Source: Reclinomonas americana ATCC 50394 (Eukaryota). From it: 40,607 nucleotides of DNA. The position numbers were made by a program, and so were the translations under genes. Under the pieces are notes generated by a model. That model had not been told where the DNA came from, made no database searches, and was given only the letters and a program-made list of their open reading frames with translations. Below are positions 12,559-24,471 of the stretch, in pieces. Every line of letters begins with the position of its first letter. Position 1 is the stretch's first letter. The stretch lies in assembly GCA_048213135.1 (NCBI GenBank), contig PS015264.1, forward strand, positions 20,538 through 61,144, in the 5' to 3' direction.

Positions 12559-15500
12559 TCATCTCACACCGACCAATATGTCCTCGAGCTGGCGGAGCAC
12601 GTGATCGACACTGTGACCGCCGCGCACCGCAGCGTCAGAAAAATGATACGATACAGCGAACAAATCTACTACAAAGCGCCGCACCTGGTTCTCTCGTCGG
12701 CGCGCCAGCGCAGACAGTGCGCCACGATTTCGACGTAGGCAGGTGGCACCGTGTAGCCACTTGCATCGCGCGCCAGCATCTCCGGTTGTAATCTCAAGTC
12801 CAGTGACTCTGCGCGCGACGATGAGAGATGGTGGGAACCAGTATCTAAGAAGGGAGAAGGAGAAACCTGTGGACAGTCCGTGGACGACCATCATCGGTTG
12901 CATGTGGGCAAAGGGTTTTCGCAGCGTGGCCAGCTCCCACAGCACCAGGCCGAGGCACCAGACGTCGGCTGGGGGAAGGAGAGAAAGGGAAGGGGAAGGG
13001 AAGGGAAGAGGAAGGGGAGGGAAGGGGAAAGGAGGAGGAAAGGAGGGGAGAAGGAGGGGAAGAAAGGGGAGGGGAAGGGGAAGAGAGCGAGAAGAGTGGG
13101 GAAGGAGGGGAAGGAGGGGAAGGAGGAAAGGTGGGAAGGAGGAGAATGGAAAGAGAAGGACAAAAGGGAATGAGAGAGGGGCCGGAGAGAGGGGAAGAGA
13201 AAACAGGGAAGTGAAGGGAGGGAAAGAGGGAAAAGAAGGGAAAGATAAGAGAGGTGCGAAGGAAAGAGGGAGAGGGTAAGTGAGGGAAGGAATGAGAAGG
13301 AGGAAAGTAGGCAGAGCATGAATGGAAACGGATGACACAAACAGACAGAGAATGAATGAATGAGAAGAGACAACGAAAAAAGGAACGAGAAGGAAGATCG
13401 CGCACGCGTGTGTGTGTGAGAGGAGAGAATAGCGAGAAGAGGGAGTCAATTAACAACTCAGCGAAGTAGACGAATGCTCACGTGGGATACCTTTCAGAGA
13501 GTACCGTTCACCACGACCGACCTCAGGCGCCAGGTACACGAGCGTGCCGATTTGTGTCATGGTGGTGGTGGTCTCGGCCAGGCGGGCGAGGCCGTAGTCG
13601 CCAATCTTGGCTTCCCAGTCGTCGGTGATGAAGATGTTCTCGGTTTTGACGTCGCGGTGGATGCTGTTGCAGGGGGAGTGAGGTGGGACTGACACGAGAA
13701 GGAGGGAGGGTACAACACAACGCAACATTGGCTGCGGTAATGAGTGGAGAAAGTAGAGTCCGCGCACAATGCCCCGTGCGATCTGCAGAGTGCGGTCAGT
13801 TGTCCACGGGTCGGTGGCGAGCCGATCCTGTGAGAGGCAATCTGCCAAGCTGCCGCGCTCTGCGTACTCGGTGACGAGGGCGTTCTGCAGGCGAGCAGGG
13901 GTGAGTGAGAGTGGAACAGAGGAACGATCATCCGCATACCTGCTTCTCTGTCGCCACGATACCCAGGCACTTGAGAAGATTCGGATGACGGAGGGCAGAC
14001 AGCACGCGAACTTCGCCGGCAAAGGCTCTCATGGAGCGATCGGCCTCGGCGTCGCGCTCCGGCGATAAGCCAAGAACCCTGCGGGAAAGAACGATGAACG
14101 ACGACAATAAGATTGCTTTCTGCGGATGAGTTGTGCATCGAAGTTGCACATTCCTTCCTTTTCTCCGTCTCTCTCCTACAGTACGAATGCAGACGATTGT
14201 TCCTTTTTCCCTCTCTCTGTATTCTGCGCATCCAGAGCAGTACATCGCCCTCTTGCGCACAACAGGATTCCCTGTGTTCCTCCTCTCACCCTCTCTTCCA
14301 TGTTTCTCTGCTTCTACAAAAATTAAGATCTACAGCTGTTGTATCGAATGCATCTCAGTCAGTCACTCTCAGAGCCGGAGAGAGGTAGAAAGAGATAAAG
14401 AGAGCAAGAGACGCAGGCGAATAAAACAGAGAGCAGAGACCGAGCGCGTGGCATCCCTCACTTTCTCCCCCTTCCCCATCACACGCACCACGGCACGCGG
14501 AAACACTTGACGGCCACATGCAGTCCATTCCAGTCGGCCAGAAACACATCACCGAATGAGCCGACGCCGATGCGCTCGAGGGCCTCCACCTCCGACGGCG
14601 GAATGACCTTGATGCGAGCGTCTTCTGGTCCGTAGCGGCTGTCCATCTCGGGATCTGGCGCGGCAATGTACTGCAACCCGCTGGCGTGAGTGCCACACCG
14701 ACATTTTCGCTGTGCCTCGCAGCACGCAACTCGAACAAGCGGCGAGTACTGCCCAGAGGCGGCGGCCGACGAGGGGGCTGATGAAGGAAACGAGGCCTCG
14801 CTGGCCCCTCCAGTGGCGGAGGAGGCGTTGGACAAGCGCGGCGACGCGCCACCACCGTAGTACACGCTGTCGGTGTCGCCGCTGTTGATGTCGGTGCGGA
14901 TGAGGGGGGACATGTCGTCCTCGCGGAGGGTGATGCGCGTGCTCTCCGCCTTGGCCGCCTGGCTCTCCTCGACCATGAAGCGGAAGACCAGGAAGAAGCC
15001 GGAGGGGATGACCAGGGCCGTACTCTGGAGAAAAGGGAGAGGGTGGGCGAGGAGAAGGGGAAGGGGAAAGGAAAAGGGGAAAGAGAGGAGAGGGAGAAGG
15101 GAGAGGGTGGGCAAGGGAAGGGGAAGGGGGAAGGAGATAAGAGGGGAGAGGGGAGAGGGAGGGAATGGAAAGGGTGGGCAAGGGAAGGGGAAGGAGAATT
15201 AGGGGGAAGGAGAGGGGGGAGAGGAGAGAGGGGAGAGGAGAGAGGGGAGAGGAGAGAGGGGAGAGGAGAGAGGGGAGAGGAAAGAGAGGAGAGCGGAGAA
15301 GGGGAAGGAGATAAGAGGGTAGAGGGGAGAGGGAGGGAAGGGAAAGGGGACAGGGGAGAGGGAGAGGGAGATAGCGGAGAGGGAGAGGGAGAGGAGAGAA
15401 GGGAGTGGTGAGAGGAAGAGGTGAGAGGAAGAGGTGAGAGAGGGAGAGGGGAGAGGGAGAGGGGAGAGGGAGAGGGGAGAAAGGAGAGCGAAACGGAAGA

Positions 15501-17102
15501 GGAAGGGAAGGGGAGTACAAGCCACCATGCAAGGACATGAGAAGAGTGAACGAAAGAAAAGGACAGCTGGAAAGAAGGAAAGAGAGAAAGAGCAACAATG
15601 CCACAGATGAGCAAGCGAGAGAGGATGGCTGAATGGATACACGTATGAGGCACGGAGGGAGTGCATGAATGCGGAATAGGTAAGCGTTGTTGGTTAAGCA
15701 TGTGAAGAGACTAACGAAGGACAGACAGAGAGAAAGACAAAATAAAGAGAGGAGAGAGAAGGAGAAAGAAACACATTGTGACAGGCCAAGAATAAAAGAA
15801 AGAAACAACGTCAGCAAACAGTTGGAAAACGAAGAGAGGAAAGTCAGCAAGACAACGAAGAGAAAAGAGGCACACATGCGAGCAAATAACAAACAACGAA
15901 GGAAGCACTGCATGTACATGCATGGGTAATGAACGACGCTCTCTGCCGGTCAACAGACGAGCAGATCTTGTGTGCCAACAATTATCATGCCCCCACAACG
16001 CAACAATCACAAAACAATCGAACGTGTTGGTGGTCTCTGGCACATCTCCCGGAAACAGAGCAACAGACTGCGTACAGACCGTCAGCTGCCAAACAAGACC
16101 CCACTCGTGACGACTTGCACCGCCCTGCACACCAGAATATCCAACAAAACAACCGAAGTCCACGTGCAGAAAATGTACAGGGCACAGCTCAGCTCCCAAA
16201 AGCCGCCACGCCGAATGATGGCATTCACCAGGGCGATGGTGGCCAGTGCCCACAACAGTCCATTGACGACACACAGCTGGATCCAATACATGCGGTTGCG
16301 CGACAGGTTCTGCAAGGGAAAGGAGTCACCGGAAGAAAGAGATGGACGACAATACGGGGACTCTGCCTCCCCCGTCGCTCACCAGCGCCAGCATGGCTCC
16401 CGTCAATAGCAACGCGGAAATGATGCAGTTGGCCACCCACGGTAATCTGGGCGACGGCAGTGGGCGGCAGCATCGGCGGCGTCGGCGCTCAAAACTGGCG
16501 TAATCGTCCGGCGCGTCTCGCCGAGTCAGCAGGGCGCAGGCGGCGTACGCCGTGAGAATGTACTGCAGCAAAATGGTGAGTGGCTGGTGTGTTTGACTGC
16601 AAGAGAAAGGGAGGCGGAAGCGCACCAGCATGACGTTGCCGACGCTGAGTTTCTTGCTGTAGAGGCCGATCAGTCTGCGAGAAGGGGGATTAGAAATACA
16701 CAGAGAGTCGTGGGGGGCGAGAGAGAAAGACGCACGGTGCGAATGCCAAGTAGATCCACATTCCCTGCGGCAATGTGAGAGAGGGTAAAGCAAAGGTAGG
16801 AGTAGGAGACGCGAACCGTTGCGACCAGGTGGAACACCACGTATTCTGTATGGTAAGGCGGGTGGTGAGGCAAATGAAGGGAACAAGGCATGTGGAACAC
16901 GCGGGACAGGAAAAGAGACGATGAGAACGAGGACAAGTGACGGAAAGGAGAGGAAGATGGCGAGAAGGAGGAGGAGAGAGGAGAAGGAGAAGGAGAAGGA
17001 GGAAGATGTGAGATGAGAAACAGGGAGCCCGCAGCGAGGATGCAATGCAATCAACAAGTGAGTGAGAGACAGTGCTCCTCGCATCCTCTCTCTCTCTCTC
17101 AC

Positions 17103-17165
<63 letters not shown>

Positions 17166-18063
17166 NNNNNNNNNNNNNNNNNNNNNNNNNNNNNNNNNNN
17201 NNNNNNNNNNNNNNNNNNNNNNNNNNNNNNNNNNNNNNNNNNNNNNNNNNNNNNNNNNNNNNNNNNNNNNNNNNNNNNNNNNNNNNNNNNNNNNNNNNNN
17301 NNNNNNNNNNNNNNNNNNNNNNNNNNNNNNNNNNNNNNNNNNNNNNNNNNNNNNNNNNNNNNNNNNNNNNNNNNNNNNNNNNNNNNNNNNNNNNNNNNNN
17401 NNNNNNNNNNNNNNNNNNNNNNNNNNNNNNNNNNNNNNNNNNNNNNNNNNNNNNNNNNNNNNNNNNNNNNNNNNNNNNNNNNNNNNNNNNNNNNNNNNNN
17501 NNNNNNNNNNNNNNNNNNNNNNNNNNNNNNNNNNNNNNNNNNNNNNNNNNNNNNNNNNNNNNNNNNNNNNNNNNNNNNNNNNNNNNNNNNNNNNNNNNNN
17601 NNNNNNNNNNNNNNNNNNNNNNNNNNNNNNNNNNNNNNNNNNNNNNNNNNNNNNNNNNNNNNNNNNNNNNNNNNNNNNNNNNNNNNNNNNNNNNNNNNNN
17701 NNNNNNNNNNNNNNNNNNNNNNNNNNNNNNNNNNNNNNNNNNNNNNNNNNNNNNNNNNNNNNNNNNNNNNNNNNNNNNNNNNNNNNNNNNNNNNNNNNNN
17801 NNNNNNNNNNNNNNNNNNNNNNNNNNNNNNNNNNNNNNNNNNNNNNNNNNNNNNNNNNNNNNNNNNNNNNNNNNNNNNNNNNNNNNNNNNNNNNNNNNNN
17901 NNNNNNNNNNNNNNNNNNNNNNNNNNNNNNNNNNNNNNNNNNNNNNNNNNNNNNNNNNNNNNNNNNNNNNNNNNNNNNNNNNNNNNNNNNNNNNNNNNNN
18001 NNNNNNNNNNNNNNNNNNNNNNNNNNNNNNNNNNNNNNNNNNNNNNNNNNNNNNNNCCTGCAT
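12559..18063 (-). CDS. Multi-pass membrane receptor fused to TKL-type protein kinase (paralogue A); first exons hidden in gap 17166-18056
   Basis: Kinase motifs: IGVGSFGDV, VAVK, EVRVLSALRHPNLL, PIIHRDVKTEN, KIGDYGLAR, GTLVYLAPE, DVWCLG; stop TGA 12559-12561. Six hydrophobic segments are visible upstream (16850-15000) and are collinear with the neighbouring paralogue. The start at 18063 is only a candidate ATG next to the gap. Confidence 0.85.
17166..18056. other. Assembly gap (others at 23550-23569, 26043-26363, 29542-30032, 30954-31031, 39155-39174, 39458-39950)
   Basis: Runs of N, mostly abutting microsatellites. Confidence 0.99.
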
Positions 18064-18274
18064 GATGATTGGTTGGGAAGCAAATGCGAACGCGGACACA
18101 GCCAGCAGGACTCTTCCTTTTTGGCCCGTCTTTCACTGCTGTTTTGGTGCTCATAAACCAACAGCCTGTGGGTGCCGCTCCACGAGAGTCATCTCTGCGC
18201 ATGGACCTTGCTCTCTTTCCGGTCCTCGCGCGCTGCTCTCTGTTTTTGTGGAGCTCGCTTTGCTACGTCCGCGC

Positions 18275-21200
18275 TCACAGTACGTCCGACAATGGTGACG
18301 AATTGCCGGTGGATCGGGGCATCGATGTGGGTCCCTGCAGTTGCCGCAGAGCGTCCACGACTTGTTCCATGCTGTGCACAAAGCGTGAGTGAGTTTTGCA
18401 CACCGGCAAATGGTGACGTCCACACACCTCGGTCGCGTGGCCGGATCCAGTTGCAGGCACTGGTTTGTCAACGCAATCCACTCTTGCGGCAACGTGCTGC
18501 CGTCCTCGTCCACCGCGACATCGGCGTCACTAAGTTCCAAAGAGAGGCGACCGGTGGCAAGTCCGTGCAGGACCGCCATGGGAGCCAGGCCGTTGAATGG
18601 TCGCTTGCGGGTCGCCAGTTCCCACATAATGACGCCAAAGCTCCACACGTCGGCTGCGATGACACGAGAAGAATGAGGACGACGAGGAGGCAGTGGGTGG
18701 GCAGCGAGCGGCGGACAGAAGATAGCAAAGGTGGTGCACGTGTGAAGGAGTGAAGCCCACAATACAGAATGCTCACATCACATTTTGTTCCCACAAGCCG
18801 AGGTGGACGAGATGTGGAGCGATCGAGGAGCAGGTCTCGCAAACCCACACAAGAGAGAAAGGCGTACCGTTGGAGCAACAAATATATGGTAAGCGAGAAG
18901 AGGAACATGAAGACGACATGAGTGAACAATGAAGAAGACGTGGTGGCGGAACTCAGACGAAGGAAGAACATGTGAAGGAGTGAAGCCCACAACACACGAC
19001 GCTCACGTCACATTTTGCAGGTGATTTGGATGTGAGCGCAGCATCACAACCTACGTGAAAGAAAGGTGCATCGTTGGAGCTACGATAAGACAAAGCGAGA
19101 AGAGGAACATGAAGACGACATGTGTAAACAAATGAAACAGAAGTTGAGGCGAAACTCAGGTAAAGGAAGCGAACAACGAATGTCGCGCCCTGTGTTCGCA
19201 CTGCTCCTCCATATGTTGCAAAAGGAAAGCATGTGAGCAGCATCGAAACACACGTCAAAGAAGGGTGCATCTTTGGGAACAGGCACTGCGAGTGCACTGA
19301 GAGGGAATTCTACCCATCTTTCCCCACTACACCTATTTCCCCACCCCTCTTCTCCCCACACACTCACCCTGCGTCGAGTACCGTGCTCCCTGCGCCAGCT
19401 CTGGCGACATGTACTGCGGCGTGCCGACACGCGTCATTGTCGCCGTGGACTCTTGCAGACGCGCGAGTCCATAGTCGCCGACTTTTGGTGTCCACGAGTG
19501 CGTCAGGAAGACGTTGTCGCTCTTGACGTCGCGGTGCACTCTGCAGCGAGAAAGAGAGTGAGAGAGGGGATCTTCGCTTCTCTCACTCTGGTATTCTATC
19601 TAATTTTTCTACTCGCACTCGTTCACACCAACTCTGACTGTGCATCTCGATCTCCCTCGTCCCTCCACCCTTGTCCCTCCTCTCTCTCTCTCCCTCTCCC
19701 TCTCTCTCTCTGTCTTCTCATTCAACGCAACAATGGCGGCTGCAATGTGTGCAGGTAGTGCAGGCCACGCGCCACGCCCAGTGCAATCGACACGGCCATT
19801 GTCGGCGTGATGGGATCTTGACGAAACCGCACTGGATCCAGGCAGTCGGCGAGACTGCCGCGTTCGGCAAACTCGGTAATGAGAGCATTCTGCAACAGCG
19901 TCACAGTCATTCAGGAGCATAGAAAGGACAGCGGCGAGATATATACACACGCACATCCGACTCGGTGATCATGACACCGAGGCACGAGAGGAGGTTGGGG
20001 TGGCGCAGCGAGGCCATGACACGCACTTCGCCAGCGAATTGCTGCATCAAGTCTGCCATGTATTCGTCTTTCGCCTCCGAGTGTCCCAGTTGCCTGCAGT
20101 GCGACAGACAAGAGAGTTACTCTATCCCCTTCCCATTCCACTCTCTTCTTTGGCGCTGTCTTCTCTCTCCCTGGGTCTCTTGTTTCCTTCTTCTCTCCGT
20201 CTCTCGGACCCTCATATCTCTCTCTCTCTCTCACTCACTCTCTTTCTTTCTCTCTCTCTCACACACACATACAAACTCACTCTCTTCTCACTATCACTGA
20301 CTTTTCGATCTCTTTCTCTCATAGCTTGTCTTCCTTCTCATTCTTCCTTACTCTGCACTCGCACGCACCATGGAACCCGAAAGCACTTGACAGCCACTCG
20401 CACACCGTGCCACGTGCCCAGGTACACGTCACCGAATGCGCCGGCGCCCACTCGTCGACCAACGACAATGTCTTGCGGCTGGATAATTTGTACGCGCACG
20501 TCGTTGGGCCCGTAGCGCATGTCGAGTTGCTTGTCGGGTTGGGTAATGTACTGCTTGGGTGTGGCAGAGAGGTGAGAATCGCGGGTGCGAGATACTCATG
20601 GATAGAAATGTCGACGCACTCGCAAAAGTCGAGCGACGGCCGCCGACTCGGCCATTTCCATGCTGCTGTTGATGCGAATGCGCGGACTGCCCATGGGAGT
20701 TCGCGGTGGTGTGAGCAGTGGAGAGCCCTCCGAGAGGTAGGCGGATGCAGGATACTGGCGACTTTCTTCAATAAGGAAGAGCACCACGGTGAAGAAGCTG
20801 CAGCGGGGGACACGTAATCAGCGACGAGGGTGCTCGGCGAAGAGATGAGATGCGCACCCTAGTGTCACTGTCACGTCGTCGAGCTGCGGCGGAGAGGTGG
20901 TGATTGAGGGCACACAAGGCGAAGACAAGGCATGGGCAAGTCACCAGTGTCAGGCAGTTGAGCGTGTTGTCGCCGGTGGGTGCCAGCAACCGTGGGTTGG
21001 GATCGGGAGTCTGCAGCGGTTGGTGAGGTCAGCAGCAAGAGAGGAGCGAAACGCCTTCTTACCACTACGCACCGCATGAGCCAATGGGACGCAGAGTGCG
21101 GCGGTAAAGGCCAAGATGAGTAGGCAGTACGCGGTGCACATGAGCTCCCACAGGCCGGCGCGCGCGGACAGGGAATTGAGGAGAGCTAGAAGTGCCAGGG

Positions 21201-23435
21201 CGGCGAGGAAGGAGGAGAGGGCGGCGAAGGCGTAGTGCGAGGCCGGGCGGTGGAGGAGACTCTGTGGAATGGGGGAAAGGGGGTAATGAGGGGGGATAGT
21301 AGGGGAAGGGGTGGTGGGGGAAGGGATGGTAAGGGGAAGGGATGATGTGGGAGGTGGCGATGAGAGACGAAGTGAAAGCGTAAGGGATGAGGAGGGAAGG
21401 GATGAGGAGGGAAGAGATGCAGAGGGGGGATGAAGAAGGAGGGAGCGATGGGGGAAGGGATGATGAGAGATGAGATCCTGAGGGTAGAATGGGAGGGAAC
21501 CGGATGAAGAAGAAGGAATGGGAGGGAACCGGATGAAGAAGAAGGAATGGTAGAGAACGGATGATAAGGGAAGGGATTATGTGGGAAGTGGAGAACAGAG
21601 ATGAAGTGAAGACGGAAGCGATGAGGAGTGAAGGGATGAGGAGTGATTGGATGATGAGAGAAGTAATGATGAGAGGGCGGACGGTGGGGTATGGACGATG
21701 AAGGAAGGGATGAGGAAGGAAGGGAAGATAAGCAAAGAGTTAATGAGGAAAGGGATGATGAGGAAAGGGATGATCAGAGGAAACGAAGAAACAAAAGAAG
21801 GGCAAAAGAGAGCAGAGAGGAGGAGTGAGGGGGGATGCTGTGGGAACTAATACGGGAAGAAATGGTGAGAAAGGGAAGATATCGTAAGGAAACGTTAAGT
21901 AGGGAATGGCTGAAGATGGAAGAAAGCAGTGATGGGACAAGGAGGGAAAGCGTGAAGAGAAAGACAGGGTGGACGAAGAAGGAATGAAGAGAGGGAAGTG
22001 AGGGAGAAAGTTCAAAGTGTTTAGACGAGACACATGAAGGCGAGCAACGCAGAGCCTGCGGATGAAAACGAATGATTTGCAGCCAAAGTTGGGAAGATGG
22101 ACGAGCCAAAATTGGGAAGATTGACGAGCGACATTGCAGGAGTGTGTGACTCAATCCCGCACTTACCGCCGCCAGCACAGCCCACAAGCCCATGATCGCG
22201 CCGACGGCAATGTTGATGACCCACGGCCTCAGAACCCTGTCGAGGCGCGACGGCTTGTGCCAGCGTGCGCAGAGGGCGCGGCAGAAACCAATCTTGCGTG
22301 GTGGCGGTGGTCGAGTTCGTGACAGCGTCGCGGTCACCGCATAGGCGATCATGAAGTACTGCAAGCACGTGTGAGAGTGACGGATTACAAGCGCCGCAAG
22401 TGAAAGAGTGCGGGGACCTGAGAAAAGAAGGAAAACTGCGAGTACTGAGTGAGGCCGTCGACGTGGAACCACCTGCCATGTGCATAGAGGGTGAGATTTG
22501 ATGACAAGACAAGGGGAGGGGGAAAGGGAGAGTTTTTCACACCTGCCGATGAGCATCATCAGCCAGAGCATCTGTGTGAGAGGATTTGAGTGGCTGCATG
22601 CATTGTGTGTGTGAGAGAGAGATTTCAAGAGAGGGTACCGTTGACACCGCCAGGAACGCTGCATGCTCTGCGCGTGGAGGAATGAGTACAGGTGAGGGAG
22701 GGTACGAGTGAGCTGTTGCTCACCAGTGCGAATGGCCAGGCGCCCCGATGGTGCTCGTTTCCACGTCAGGTAGCCCTGTCGGACAAGGTCGGTGGGGAAG
22801 GGAGAAGAGATGGAGGGAAGCGGGGAAGGGAATGAGAGAGAGAGAGAGAGCACGGAGGCTCCGCACTGCATCTCACTCTCTTCTTTCTTGAGAGAGGCAG
22901 ACAACGGTGAGAACTGGGACGCATAATCAGTCCGAGAGATGTTCTCATCTGAAGGAGATATGCAGTCGTCTCACGTTCGTGTTGCTGTCTCCGCGAGCTG
23001 TATTCTCTGCGTGCCACTGAACACATCTGTGGAAAGGGGAACCAGAGCGAGAGAGGGAACTCTCTTCATGCGACTGTGTGGTCTTGAGACGAGTAGAGGA
23101 AGGAAGGAAGGAAGGAAAGAAGGAAGGAAGGAGAGAGAGAGAGAGAGAGAGAGAGACTGAAGAGGAGCAACCATCTCGCGCTGGCCTGTGATGCAGACTC
23201 TGTGCAGTACGGCGCCTGACTCAGCAGGAGGAAACCTCTTCGCGTTACTGCTTGCGATACGGCGTTCTCTTTCGATGACCGCTGTGCACACTTGCACTCC
23301 TGCCTCGCTGTCTCGTGCAGCTTGACAACTCTTTGCCTCCAGCAGCGCTGCTGCGAGGACAAGTTCGCACTTCTTGTCTGACTTCTTGCACATCAATCTG
23401 CATGCATGATTTGCACTGATTCTCGCTGCCCTCTC

Positions 23436-23488
<53 letters not shown>

Positions 23489-23670
23489 ACTACACTACTA
23501 CGACTACACGACGTACTTACGGAACGTTCGTACCAAGGTTACGTACCTANNNNNNNNNNNNNNNNNNNNCGTTCGTTCGTTACTTCGTTCGTACACTACT
23601 ACTACTACTATCGTACTACGTCGTACTAGTAGTTTAGTTCGTACTACTCGTACTCTCTCTCGTCCTCCTC

Positions 23671-23710
<40 letters not shown>

Positions 23711-24152
23711 CACACACGGACAACACACAGGTCAAGCATGCAGAATCTGTCTCAAGACACAATCCCTCTAGCTCTCACTCTGCCTCTCACTTCCACACAT
23801 TCTCTCCCTCTCTCTCGCACTCTCACAGACTCTTCTCTCTCTCTCACTCACTCTCACGAACACCCAAACGCACACATCACATGTTGTTCTCACTGCTTTC
23901 ACTCATTTCCCTCTCTCTCTTTCCCCTCTTTCCCCTCTTTCCCCTCCTTTCCCCCCTTCTCTCTCCCTCTCACTCTCTCACTCACCAACACCGCACACAC
24001 TAAAGTCTGCGTGAGAATCGTGCACGCAGAGATGATGCCGAACCACGTGAAGCCACCGACCTGCACAGAGATGAGCACAAACACACACAGAGAGAGAGAG
24101 AGAGAAGAGACAAAACTCCTTCATAGTAGATGTCGTAGCACCAGGTGCTCAT
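18275..24152 (-). CDS. 7-transmembrane receptor fused to TKL-type protein kinase (paralogue B); about 17 exons
   Basis: [12 protein letters not shown] (24152-24117) | [25 protein letters not shown] (24060-23986) | GYLTWKR (from 22775) is followed by six more hydrophobic segments. The kinase then has [47 protein letters not shown] and [10 protein letters not shown]. Stop TGA 18275-18277. Confidence 0.85.
18741..19275. repeat. Intronic tandem duplication, about 230-bp unit, two copies plus a partial third
   Basis: TGTGAAGGAGTGAAGCCCACAA at 18741 and 18971. AAGCGAGAAGAGGAACATGAAGACGACATG occurs in both copies. Confidence 0.9.
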
Positions 24153-24471
24153 GCGACTCTTCTTTGCTTCTTGTCAGTGTCGGAAAAATAGCGCGGGACA
24201 TGACAACTCGCCGTGCACAACAGCACCTTTGTCGCTCTCTTATGGAACTGCGAGCGCGCTCACTGTTGCGTACACACAAGCAGTGCACCGCTGATTCTAA
24301 GTGGTCAGCTGCACATTGTCCTCTCTCGTGATCGACGTCGCGTGCCTTTTCTGTGCAAAAGCATTGCGATTCATTCATTGATTTTTCGTATTCATACGGT
24401 ACCGGGTGCGGCAGCATTAATTGATTCTGCACCGCAACCGCAGCGCTGCGTATCGCGCGCCACGTCGATTT

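Noticed and set aside
16690-18298. Long ORFs containing X runs
   Set aside because: They span assembly gaps.
22855-23400. Possible alternative first exons of kinase paralogue B (MQCGAS; ORF 22971-23396)
   Set aside because: Exons at 24152-23986 give a strong donor, the correct phase and the missing TM1, so this region is treated as intron. Alternative starts are not excluded.
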